Assembly: GCA_035764505.1 (NCBI GenBank)
Contig: DASTZC010000215.1
Span: 2,402 to 66,401 of the forward strand
Length of the DNA stretch: 64,000 nt
Reading direction: 5' to 3'
Source of the DNA: Candidatus Polarisedimenticolia bacterium
Lineage (GTDB): Bacteria; Acidobacteriota; Polarisedimenticolia; Gp22-AA2; AA152
The position numbers were made by a program, and so were the translations under genes. This document shows, one piece after another, positions 47,901-56,013 of this stretch; position 1 is the first letter of the stretch, and every line of letters starts with the position of its first letter. Below the pieces are notes generated by a model. It had not been told where the DNA came from. It was given only the letters and a program-made list of their open reading frames with translations, and did no database searches.

Positions 47901-50900
47901 CAGCGCCTGCCATGCCCCCGAGGCGGCGTCGTATCGGTAGAACTCATTTCCTTCGTCCTCCTGGCCGTACAGGGTGAGCCGATCCGCATCCTCGGTGACG
48001 CAAGTCAGAGGCTTCGGGCTGGACGGGAGGGGCTCGAATTCACCAAGCGAGAGCTCACCCGTGGAAGCATCCGAAGAGCCGGGGATGACAAGAGCTGTCT
48101 GCGCTTCGGAAGTAGATGCCGCCGCCTGGTGGGCTGGCGGTTCCGGCGAGACGACAACCTGCAGCTGAACGTGCAGGTCGCTGTCTCCCGTGTTCTCCAG
48201 AGTAAGGCGCCTGGTTTCGCGCCGCGCTGAGGGAAGCGCTGCGCTCAAGGACGCGGGGGAGACGGCCAGCACCGGAGGCAAGGACGCGAGGCCTGCCACA
48301 GGGATGGCAATGGACGGCTCGTCAGGATCGTCGGACTGGACCATGAGAGTACCGGTTCTGGTCCCCGTTTCAGTAGGGTCGAAAACCACGTTGACTACGA
48401 GACTGCCTTCCGGCTCCAGTGCATCCGGCGTCCCCAGCCCGGCGTGCGAGATGGTGAAGTCTCCGTCAATCTCGAACCCGATCTGCAGCCGAGCCGTGCC
48501 AGTGTTGCTGACTTTCACCGGCAACGTCTTTGGATATCCAAGAAAGGTGGTGCCGAAATCGAGGGTGGAACGATCGAGCTCGACCGCCGGGACGCCGGTG
48601 ACGGCCATGAGCGCGGGGACGGTGAGAAGCGGCAGCGCCGGATCGTTGCTCAATACACGGATCTCTCCCCGGTACTCACCGGCCGTGAGACGCGACGCGT
48701 CTAAATCGGCGCGTACAGGGACCGAGCTCCCCGCCGGGACGATGCCCGATGAGGGGACCAGCGACACCCACGGAATTGATCCCCGCAGGAATTCGAGCGC
48801 CAGACCATCGTGAAGGTAGGGGGCATTGAAAGCCACCGTCAGGCCGTCGTCCCCTGCCGGGTTCTGGATTCCCACCGTGCAGCCATTGAGGGGACCGCTC
48901 AGGCTCAGGTACTGATAAAGGACGCGCCCGTCCGGATAGAGAATGATCTGGAACGTGAGCGACGTGGAAGCTCTCAGAAGGCTTGCTTCGGTGTACTGGA
49001 CCACGAAGCGTCCGGCGTCGTTCAGGTACCTGACCCTTCCCGGCGAAGCCAGGACGAGATCGTCCCAGAGACCCGCCAGAAGATTGCGGGGAGCGCCCGG
49101 AGTCGGAAGGGGCTGGTTGGTAGGCGCCGATCCCGTGCTCGAGAAGGTGAGGAAGCCGTTGGTGGATACTCTGACCGACTCAAAGGAGTTTCCATAGAAC
49201 GGGAACGAGAAGCCGAGCGGGATAGGCTCACTGAGCTGATCATCGCCGAGGATGGGAATGGGCGTGCCGGAATCCCGGATGTCGGTCCAGGAAAAGGCCG
49301 GCCCGAACCGTGCGTCGGAGTCGCTCCAGCGATAACCGAATCCATCGGGACCTCCGGCGCCCAGGATTCCAGCCCGGGTGTCGGCCTCGTCTTTGCCGAA
49401 TTCCTGCGAGACGTGGGAGGCGACGTTACCCCCCGCCACGGCGAAGCTCGAGGACCAGAGAAGATCGCTGGCCCCGGGGTTTGTCACGGTCAGAATCTGT
49501 GAGGCGGCGGTGCCGGCCGGAACTGACGCTTCCAGGGAACTCGGAGTCACCCGCGCCATCGGTGGGTCCATGCCGACGCCGATCAGCGGAACGATCATCG
49601 CCGGATGCTCTGAATCATTGCTGGCGATCGTGAGGGATCCGGAGCGCGTCCCGGTGAGGGTCGGACGGAACGCGATGTCGAAGGGCCGGGAAGCGCCGCT
49701 TGGAAGCTCCAGGGGAAGCGACAGACCGCTGGTCGAGAAATCCCCCTCGGAGGTCAGGGCGTCGATGCGGAGCGTTCCACTTCCCGCGTTGCGCACGCTC
49801 AAAGGAAGATGGCCCGTATACGGGACGTACGTGGGCCCGAAGTCGAGGGAAGGGGGGGAAACTTCAATCCGCGGAACCCCTGCGACCTCGAGCGTCGCCG
49901 GAACAAGGAGGTTCTGGTGAAAAGGATCGTTGCTCTTCACCACGAGGTCGGCACGATAGGTTCCCTCCGGGAGGCCTTGCGTGCCGAAGCGAGCTTGAAT
50001 CGGCTGCTCGCTGCCGGGGCCTACGGATCCTGAAGTCGGCTCGAGCCTCAAAAAACGGCCACAACCCGATTCCACTTCCAGCGCGATGCCGAGCGGTTGG
50101 TCCAGTCCGGTGGCCAGGTGGTGCACGGCCCCCGTCGCCAAATCCAAGGAAAGCAGATTGGAGAGATATTGCGTCACGAAGGCCTTTTCTCCCAGGGGAT
50201 CCAGGACCACCGAAGCTCCGTAGCGAAAGCCGGGGCCGACGCGACTCACGGCGCGGGTAGCCAGGTCCACCCGGTAGAGCCCACTCTGGAAGTCCATGAC
50301 GTACGCCGTCGTCTCATCCGGACTGAGGGCCACGTCGTAGGCAAGTCCGAAGTTCTCGGCAATGGTCGTGACCATTCCTGTGAAAAGATCAATCCTGGAA
50401 AGCTTCCCGGAGCCGATCCCCGCGCTGATTCCGGTCATATATGCTGCAGTCCCCAGCCGGTTCAGGGCGACCCCCGTGGGCGCAGGAAGGTCCGTCGCCA
50501 CGGGGTGGATTGTCCCGTCGGCCAAGTCGACGGCCATCAGCCGATGGCTATTGAACTCGCCGATGTACGCCACGCCTCGGGCAGCATCCAGGGCGAGGCC
50601 GTACGGCTGCCGCAGTCCGGTGGCGATGAGGGTGATGGCACCTGAGGAGGCGTCGATGGCGGAAAGGGATCCGCTATCGTGGCTCACGACGAGGAGCCTG
50701 TGGGCGGCGCGGTCGAAGACGACGCCTATCGGCGTGTTGAGCCCGCCCGCCAGCGTCACCAAGTCGCCCGTGCCCAGATCGATCGTCCTCAGGTTCCCGG
50801 CTACGAATTCGGTGATGTAGGCGAATTCCGCATCGCACGGCGCCCCGTCGGAAGTCCGCGGAACCACGACCGTAGAGTAATCGAGGCGACCTCTTCCGGT

Positions 50901-53900
50901 GTTCGAGAGCAGCAGGCTCTGGGTCTCTTCCTCTCCCGATCGGAGCACGGCTCCCAGCGCCTCGGGGCGGATGCCGGCTACCGGAGCAGGAACGCCTTGG
51001 CCGGAAAGCGGGATCTCCACGAGCGGCTCGTCCGGATCGTTGCTGGAAAACCTTAAGACCGCCGCGAATCCCCCCTCGTTCTGCGGGTTGAAAGTGATCC
51101 GCACCGGGGCTGACGCGCCCGGCGCCAGCTCCAGAGAGCTCGACGAAGACAAGAACTCCGCGCCGGTGGAGGCTATCGAAAAGACCTGCAACGGCTCGGT
51201 ACCGCGGTTCTTGACGGTCAGGCCGAGCGTCCTGCGGGCGCCAACGATGACGTCGTGGAAGTCGAGCCGATCGGCCGGATCCCGCTCGCCCCCGAACTGC
51301 AGCCTTGCGGTGTGGGAGTTCTCAAAGCAAACGCCGACGGACGGAGCGTTTCTTATTTCGACCTCGATGTTCCCATCCGCCGCCAGCGCGGCCAGGAAAT
51401 CGGGGTCGAGCCGGAAGGTTCGCGTGCCGTCGGCGGCGCAGTCCCTGCCGGTCGGGCCCACCGTGCCGAGCAGCGTCCCCTCGGCGAAGACGCTCGCCTC
51501 TTCGGGCAGGTAGCCGAAGTCTCCCTCGACCGTGACGAAGAGCCTGCCCTCCCCGTTCGGATGCACCGGAACCGGGAACGAGTGGGTGGTCACGGCCCCC
51601 GCGTCGAAGAAGGTCTTCTTGGACTGGAGCTCCAAAAGCTCCCCGAAAATGTCCAGATCCGGCCCGTCGCTCACCGTCATGACCGCCGGCACCGCAGTTA
51701 CGGGGGCGACGGGATCGTTGGTCCGGATCTCCACCACCCCTGGATAGGTCCCGGCCCTCGCGCCCGAGGCGTCGAAGCGAACCTGCACATTCTCCGCCCC
51801 GCCCGGCGGAATCGACCCTGAGCGCGGGGCCGTGTCCAGCCAATTCGGCGCGCGGCCCTCGGCATAGCGGATTATGTTGGCGAGCAGCCCGCGGGCCGGA
51901 TGGTCGTGCTCATAGAAGAACTCGAGAGAGGCGCCCACCGCGATGACGATGCCTGATCCGAAGCGGTATTCGACCAGGTTTATTCGGCCGTTCCCGTCCC
52001 GGAGGAGCGGCCGCGCCCCTGGAGGGATCGAGCTGAAAACCGATTGTCCCTCGTCGACACCAGAAAAAAAGCCGGGAATCCCGACCAGCATCGGATGGAG
52101 CGGATCCAGGACGAAGTTCCCGACGCTTTCCGCAAATTCGATTCCCATGCCTCCCGGAAGCTGGACGATCGCGGGAGATCCCAATGCATATCCCCATCCC
52201 GCGGCATGGAACTCCAGGGTTCCTCCACGATCCACGAAGTCATTCAACCGCTCCATCTGGGAGGCGAGCGCGTCGTAGAACGCATCGGATTGATCGCTGG
52301 CAACGAGGACCATCCGATAGCGATCGAGGTCCGTCGTCGCAAGCTGCTCCCCCAGGATCATGTCGTAGAGGATTCCGTTGCTTTCGAGCACGGTTTGGTT
52401 CGAGAAGGTCTTCCATGGATTGCTGCTTTGCACGAGCAGGACGCTCGGCCGGGCGGATGCGGGCGTGGCAGGCTCGACCGACGTCGCCTGTGCATCGTCA
52501 CCTGTTGCATCGACCGGAAGGCTGTCGGATCGGGGGAACACCTCGAAATCGAGGACGCCCTCGCCGGTGTTGCGGATCGTGACGTTTTGTACGGCTGCCG
52601 CCCCCGTGAGGAGGGTCTGCGAGACCGAGAGCGGCAAGATTCCAGCCCGGGCCTCGGCCAGGCCGACCCCTTGAAGCGCAATGGCGAGCTCCGGCGTGTC
52701 CGGATCATCGCTGCGGATTGAAAGCGTCGCTGCCCTCGGACCCGGCGATCCGGGAAGAAATGTAATCGACAGATCCTTCCGCTCGCGCGGCGCGAGCGTG
52801 AATGCCTCGCCGGGGGCCCTGAATTCCGGATTGTCGATCTCGATCGCGTGGATATTCAGCCGCTCGGTGCCGTTGTTCCTGAGCGTCACGACCCTGGGCA
52901 CTGACCGTCCGATCAGCAGGGATCCAAAATCAACCGAGACCCGTGAGGCAGTCAGATCCGGCTTGCCGCTCAGGCCCAGGTGCACCGCGACCTTCGGTCG
53001 AGGACGGGAGGGGTCATTGGTGTGAAACACGATCTCGGCGTCGTACTCTCCCGCCGGGACACCCTGGGGATCGAGCCTGACTGCCAGGTCGAGGCTCCCC
53101 CCGGGCGGTACGAGTCCGGTGGTCGGCCTCACGGACAGCCAGGGGACGGTATTGCGGCTGAACAGCAGGGCATTGCGCAGGAGTCTCGGCATGTCTCCCG
53201 ACCAGTACCCTGACCCGAAATAAGCGTTGACCGCCACGACCTGATGCGAGTTGGCCACCGCGAAAGGCATCCCGTCCGCCCAACCGGCGATCCATTCCGC
53301 CCCGGGTGCCAGGGCGATGCCGGCCAGGTATGCCGAAGCCGTGGCGACCCCGTCCATGATCGGGTGCGACGCGTCCCAGTCCTTCAGGGCAGAAGGTCCG
53401 GTCACCCCGCCACGGCCGACCACCGGCACATAGCCTTCCGATAGCAGCCGTCCTGTAACCTCCCATCCGGGCACGAAAGCGGCGCTCGACAGGACGACCC
53501 CACCGCCCGCGTCGACGTAATCCGCCAGCACGTCCCCGACGCCTTCCGGATCCAACATGAGCAGATTGATGGCGACCAGAACGGCATCGTATTGCGAGAG
53601 CTTCTCAAGGCTGGGCGCCACGTCCGCGATATCGATCACGTCCACGACGCCGAATTCCGGAAACTGCCTCAGGCTGGCCTGGATTTCCGAAACATCGACC
53701 TGGCTCTGGAGTATGGCGATGCGCACGGTTCCCGAGGCAACCGAGGAATCGGAGAGCAGCCCGGATCTCGTCGGCACGTGCAATGGTGGACCAAGTTCCG
53801 CCTCGTAAGGCCCGCTTGCCGGGGGCGCGGGCGGTTCCAGCGCCGCCATCTCGCTCCAGGAGCCGGCAAGAATCCCCTGCGGCGCGCTGGGAACTTTGGC

Positions 53901-55718
53901 TCCCGTCATCTCCAGGTCGAACCGGAGGTCGTTGACCCCTGAGTTGTGCACCGTCACGAGCTCGGTGGCCGAGCCTTCCGAGTCAAGGGCCTTGCTGATT
54001 GAATCCTGAGAGACCTCGAATGCAGGCGGTCCCCCCGTCCGTCCACTGGTTACGTTCGAGAGCGCTCCGACATTTCCCGATTCATCCCTGGCCTTCACCG
54101 CGACGTAGTACAGCGTGTCGAAGGCGAGACCTTCGACGACAACCTGCTCCAGAGAGCCAGGCGGAACCGGCCTCGAGGGGCCGGATGCGCGCCGGGCAGC
54201 GGCGAAATTGGCGGTGTCGATCGGATCTGTCGAGTAGCGGACGTCGTAGGAGCTCACGGTTCCCGATTCGCCGTCGTCTCCGGTGGCCGTCCAGTTCAAT
54301 GTCAGGCTGGTCCCCGTGGATAAAGTGGTTCGCAGGTCCAGGACCGTTCCGGGTGCCGTGGAGTCCTTGGTCCCCAGAGGACGGCGGGCATTCAGCCTGC
54401 CACCCTTCGAGACCTTCGTGGCGAGCGCCGCGATCGGGTCGACCGAGGAGAGCAACCTTGCTTTGAGATCGGCAAGACCGAGGTCGGGATCCACCGCCCG
54501 GACGAGCGCCGCGACTCCCGCCACGTGAGGCGTCGCCATCGAGGTGCCGCTCGCGAGGCCGTACTTACCCCCGGGCAGCGTGCTCAGGATGTCCACGCCT
54601 GGCGCGGCCAGATGCACGGTGCTGGGCCCGTAGTTGGAGAAGGCAGCGAGACGATCTTCGGAGTCGGTGGCCGCCACCGTGATGATGCCTTCCGAGGCAT
54701 AACTCGCGGGGTATTGTGGATGGATGTCGGTGTTGACACCGTCGTTTCCGGCGGCGGCGACGAAGAGGATTCCGCCCTCCGCCGCCGCGTTGATGGCGTC
54801 AAGCAGCGTCTGGGAGAAGCCCCCACCGCCCCAGGAATTGCTCAGGACGTCGGCGCCCATCGACTTGGCATATTCCACCGCGCGGACCGCGTCTGAATCT
54901 GTACCCGAGCCTCCGCTGCCCAGGAACTTGAGGGCCATCAGGCTCACGTGCCAGTTCACCCCAACCACTCCCAGAGAGTTGTCTCCGATCGCTCCGATCG
55001 TCCCGGCGACGTGGGTGCCATGGAAGTTGTCGTCCATGGGATCGCCGTCATCGTTGGCGAAGTCATAGCCGTGCACATCGTCGACGTAGCCGTTGTTGTC
55101 GTCATCGAGGCCGTTGCCGGCGATCTCCCCCGGGTTCGTCCAGATGTTCGCCGCCAGATCGGGATGGGTGTAGTCGATGCCGGTGTCGATGACGGCCACG
55201 ACGACCCTCCGATCGCCCGTCGTGATGTTCCAGGCCGATTCAGCGTCGATGTCGGCGCCGGGCGTTCCCCCGGTCTGCCCGGTGTTGTGGAGGCCGTAGA
55301 GCGCCGGGTAACGAGGATCGTCAGGGACGAGGTCCACATGGACCAAGTAGTTGGGCTCGGCATAGCGGATGTGGTGATTCCCGCGCAGCCGCTCCAGCGC
55401 CGCTTCCGTGCTGACGCCCTTGCCGAGCTTCCAGTGCTCCGCGCCGGTCTGGAAGGTCCTCAAACGGCTCCCCGCCACCTGGGCGCGGACATTGGCCTTC
55501 TCCGAAGGGCCTGTCTCGCGGTTGAACTTGACGAGAATTTCACCGGGGGCGTGGGGAGCGAGTGGTGGGGTGCCGTTCCCCTTCCCAGGTGGGGAGGGGG
55601 AAGCAAGGATGAGGATCAGGCTCCCGAAAGCGAGAAACAGGAGAGAGAAGGTCGACAGCTCACGGAAGCGCCTGGATCGTCGCGGTGACATGAGTATTCC
55701 ATGACCGACCGGTGCCAT
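44955..55718 (-). CDS. Giant secreted multidomain protein 2 (about 3580 aa): signal peptide, I9 propeptide, subtilisin S8, FN3-like, two ThuA/class-I-GATase-like modules, many Ig-like (ASH/choice-of-anchor-like) modules, NHL propeller, NIDO-like, Kelch-like, TSP3 array, PKD/HYR domains, and a conserved C-terminal module
   Basis: Probable start at MSPRRSRRFRELSTFSLLFLAFGSLILILA (55691). S8 triad VAVIDTGID / HGTHVAG / GTSMATPHVAG. TSP3 repeats DNCPALYNPAQEDGDADGLGDPCDAC... NIDO-like IPLGFSFPFYGNSFESVRVSTNGFLTF. HYR-like ...CSSPAGAVVSLMATVADACD... Confidence 0.85.
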   Translation of the reverse strand: MAPVGHGILMSPRRSRRFRELSTFSLLFLAFGSLILILASPSPPGKGNGTPPLAPHAPGEILVKFNRETGPSEKANVRAQVAGSRLRTFQTGAEHWKLGKGVSTEAALERLRGNHHIRYAEPNYLVHVDLVPDDPRYPALYGLHNTGQTGGTPGADIDAESAWNITTGDRRVVVAVIDTGIDYTHPDLAANIWTNPGEIAGNGLDDDNNGYVDDVHGYDFANDDGDPMDDNFHGTHVAGTIGAIGDNSLGVVGVNWHVSLMALKFLGSGGSGTDSDAVRAVEYAKSMGADVLSNSWGGGGFSQTLLDAINAAAEGGILFVAAAGNDGVNTDIHPQYPASYASEGIITVAATDSEDRLAAFSNYGPSTVHLAAPGVDILSTLPGGKYGLASGTSMATPHVAGVAALVRAVDPDLGLADLKARLLSSVDPIAALATKVSKGGRLNARRPLGTKDSTAPGTVLDLRTTLSTGTSLTLNWTATGDDGESGTVSSYDVRYSTDPIDTANFAAARRASGPSRPVPPGSLEQVVVEGLAFDTLYYVAVKARDESGNVGALSNVTSGRTGGPPAFEVSQDSISKALDSEGSATELVTVHNSGVNDLRFDLEMTGAKVPSAPQGILAGSWSEMAALEPPAPPASGPYEAELGPPLHVPTRSGLLSDSSVASGTVRIAILQSQVDVSEIQASLRQFPEFGVVDVIDIADVAPSLEKLSQYDAVLVAINLLMLDPEGVGDVLADYVDAGGGVVLSSAAFVPGWEVTGRLLSEGYVPVVGRGGVTGPSALKDWDASHPIMDGVATASAYLAGIALAPGAEWIAGWADGMPFAVANSHQVVAVNAYFGSGYWSGDMPRLLRNALLFSRNTVPWLSVRPTTGLVPPGGSLDLAVRLDPQGVPAGEYDAEIVFHTNDPSRPRPKVAVHLGLSGKPDLTASRVSVDFGSLLIGRSVPRVVTLRNNGTERLNIHAIEIDNPEFRAPGEAFTLAPRERKDLSITFLPGSPGPRAATLSIRSDDPDTPELAIALQGVGLAEARAGILPLSVSQTLLTGAAAVQNVTIRNTGEGVLDFEVFPRSDSLPVDATGDDAQATSVEPATPASARPSVLLVQSSNPWKTFSNQTVLESNGILYDMILGEQLATTDLDRYRMVLVASDQSDAFYDALASQMERLNDFVDRGGTLEFHAAGWGYALGSPAIVQLPGGMGIEFAESVGNFVLDPLHPMLVGIPGFFSGVDEGQSVFSSIPPGARPLLRDGNGRINLVEYRFGSGIVIAVGASLEFFYEHDHPARGLLANIIRYAEGRAPNWLDTAPRSGSIPPGGAENVQVRFDASGARAGTYPGVVEIRTNDPVAPVTAVPAVMTVSDGPDLDIFGELLELQSKKTFFDAGAVTTHSFPVPVHPNGEGRLFVTVEGDFGYLPEEASVFAEGTLLGTVGPTGRDCAADGTRTFRLDPDFLAALAADGNIEVEIRNAPSVGVCFENSHTARLQFGGERDPADRLDFHDVIVGARRTLGLTVKNRGTEPLQVFSIASTGAEFLSSSSSLELAPGASAPVRITFNPQNEGGFAAVLRFSSNDPDEPLVEIPLSGQGVPAPVAGIRPEALGAVLRSGEEETQSLLLSNTGRGRLDYSTVVVPRTSDGAPCDAEFAYITEFVAGNLRTIDLGTGDLVTLAGGLNTPIGVVFDRAAHRLLVVSHDSGSLSAIDASSGAITLIATGLRQPYGLALDAARGVAYIGEFNSHRLMAVDLADGTIHPVATDLPAPTGVALNRLGTAAYMTGISAGIGSGKLSRIDLFTGMVTTIAENFGLAYDVALSPDETTAYVMDFQSGLYRVDLATRAVSRVGPGFRYGASVVLDPLGEKAFVTQYLSNLLSLDLATGAVHHLATGLDQPLGIALEVESGCGRFLRLEPTSGSVGPGSEQPIQARFGTQGLPEGTYRADLVVKSNDPFHQNLLVPATLEVAGVPRIEVSPPSLDFGPTYVPYTGHLPLSVRNAGSGTLRIDALTSEGDFSTSGLSLPLELPSGASRPFDIAFRPTLTGTRSGSLTIASNDSEHPAMIVPLIGVGMDPPMARVTPSSLEASVPAGTAASQILTVTNPGASDLLWSSSFAVAGGNVASHVSQEFGKDEADTRAGILGAGGPDGFGYRWSDSDARFGPAFSWTDIRDSGTPIPILGDDQLSEPIPLGFSFPFYGNSFESVRVSTNGFLTFSSTGSAPTNQPLPTPGAPRNLLAGLWDDLVLASPGRVRYLNDAGRFVVQYTEASLLRASTSLTFQIILYPDGRVLYQYLSLSGPLNGCTVGIQNPAGDDGLTVAFNAPYLHDGLALEFLRGSIPWVSLVPSSGIVPAGSSVPVRADLDASRLTAGEYRGEIRVLSNDPALPLLTVPALMAVTGVPAVELDRSTLDFGTTFLGYPKTLPVKVSNTGTARLQIGFEIDGDFTISHAGLGTPDALEPEGSLVVNVVFDPTETGTRTGTLMVQSDDPDEPSIAIPVAGLASLPPVLAVSPASLSAALPSARRETRRLTLENTGDSDLHVQLQVVVSPEPPAHQAAASTSEAQTALVIPGSSDASTGELSLGEFEPLPSSPKPLTCVTEDADRLTLYGQEDEGNEFYRYDAASGAWQALAPSPIAARNNGGAALLGGKIYTVYTGNSEMGIYTIATDSWSKRSSPVSAGTGVIASDGVRYLYLALGTALFRFEPDTGAVLSLRAAPFTFGRWGGLRYFDGRLYGQQGNGGTGFGVYMVASNTWRKLPLLPATAVLGSAIDPIGRLYCAYGPDSGNSLYIFDIDQGFWRTVSIPWFNVGDGALSWLPGPSAGIYFIQGDLGTGMGRWSTRPLFVAVSPRQATIPPGGSLEVEVGFDSTGLPVGTRALSLAIESDDPLRPRVIVPASLEVYSDYDEDDVRDSADNCQFNYNPGQEDADVDGLGDLCDLCTDIDQDLYGDPGFSGNVCSLDNCPALYNPAQEDGDADGLGDPCDACPQDPENDQDLDGLCALADNCPSVGNADQQDDDGDGAGDACDNCQGLANPGQSDGDADGIGDACDLCAATADPLQEDTDSDGLGNACDNCPSTSNPGQEDFNSDGSGDACQPTLVLGGVRQNGDGTLWVRATAGDPQGDPLSGHIDVVPASFVDEAVPDVFIDPEGCRKALLPDGVAGEGIGYGNISFGEPILFDLDPALGCSDALSDFEIAPGTCSDPVGPFDAMLRIAGLPLPLDFCIRRVDNPAVRFEFMLTGFDEYSAHVRSRTGGHTVLPFDSWPSPPMELGAALETGALYHLTLEISDGATVPVSAMIPFVYQGETRVAFSAPPTARALAAPRVECEGPQGASVLLDGSGSSDSGGSAGEGIVSYEWYRGYGSGGQVLLGTGASLQVTLPLGTHDLQLKVTDEAGESDVASLSVTVEDTTPPVLACPSTSPHECSSPAGAVVSLMATVADACDAGVVVRNSRGGGVDASGTFPIGESALTFEATDSSGNVATCVAAVTVRDTVAPRLEGAASPSVLWKPDHRMVPVSLALQSSDACTAAPAITLLSASSSEPDDAPGGSDGNTTGDISGADLGTPDREVQLRAERSASGPGRTYTLVYEAVDAAGNRTRKTVIVTVPHHLTN

Positions 55719-56013
55719 TCCGCTGAAAAAGGCTGCCCTGTCTGGTGAGAGTTCGACCCTGTTTCAGCGCTTTGCAGGCTTGATTTGGTTCCCCCCCGGC
55801 AAGAGCCGTTGATGTCTATATACCGCCAAATCTATTTTCAGCAAGAGGAAATGCAGACAGGTAGAGACACCACCTGCCAAGCATCTGATCGGCAGGTCTT
55901 TGCATACAATTTCCTGGAACTGGCGCAACTGCGCGGGTTAAAGCTACCGAAGGCCTGCCTTCATAAATAGAGGTGGGAATCCCGGCCGCCGCCGGACGGC
56001 CGGGACCTTCCGC

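Noticed and set aside
55785-55970. 61-aa ORF in the AT-rich patch between giants 2 and 3
   Set aside because: Its composition is unlike the genome's coding regions, and it has no RBS or motif. The region is better explained as promoter and regulatory DNA.
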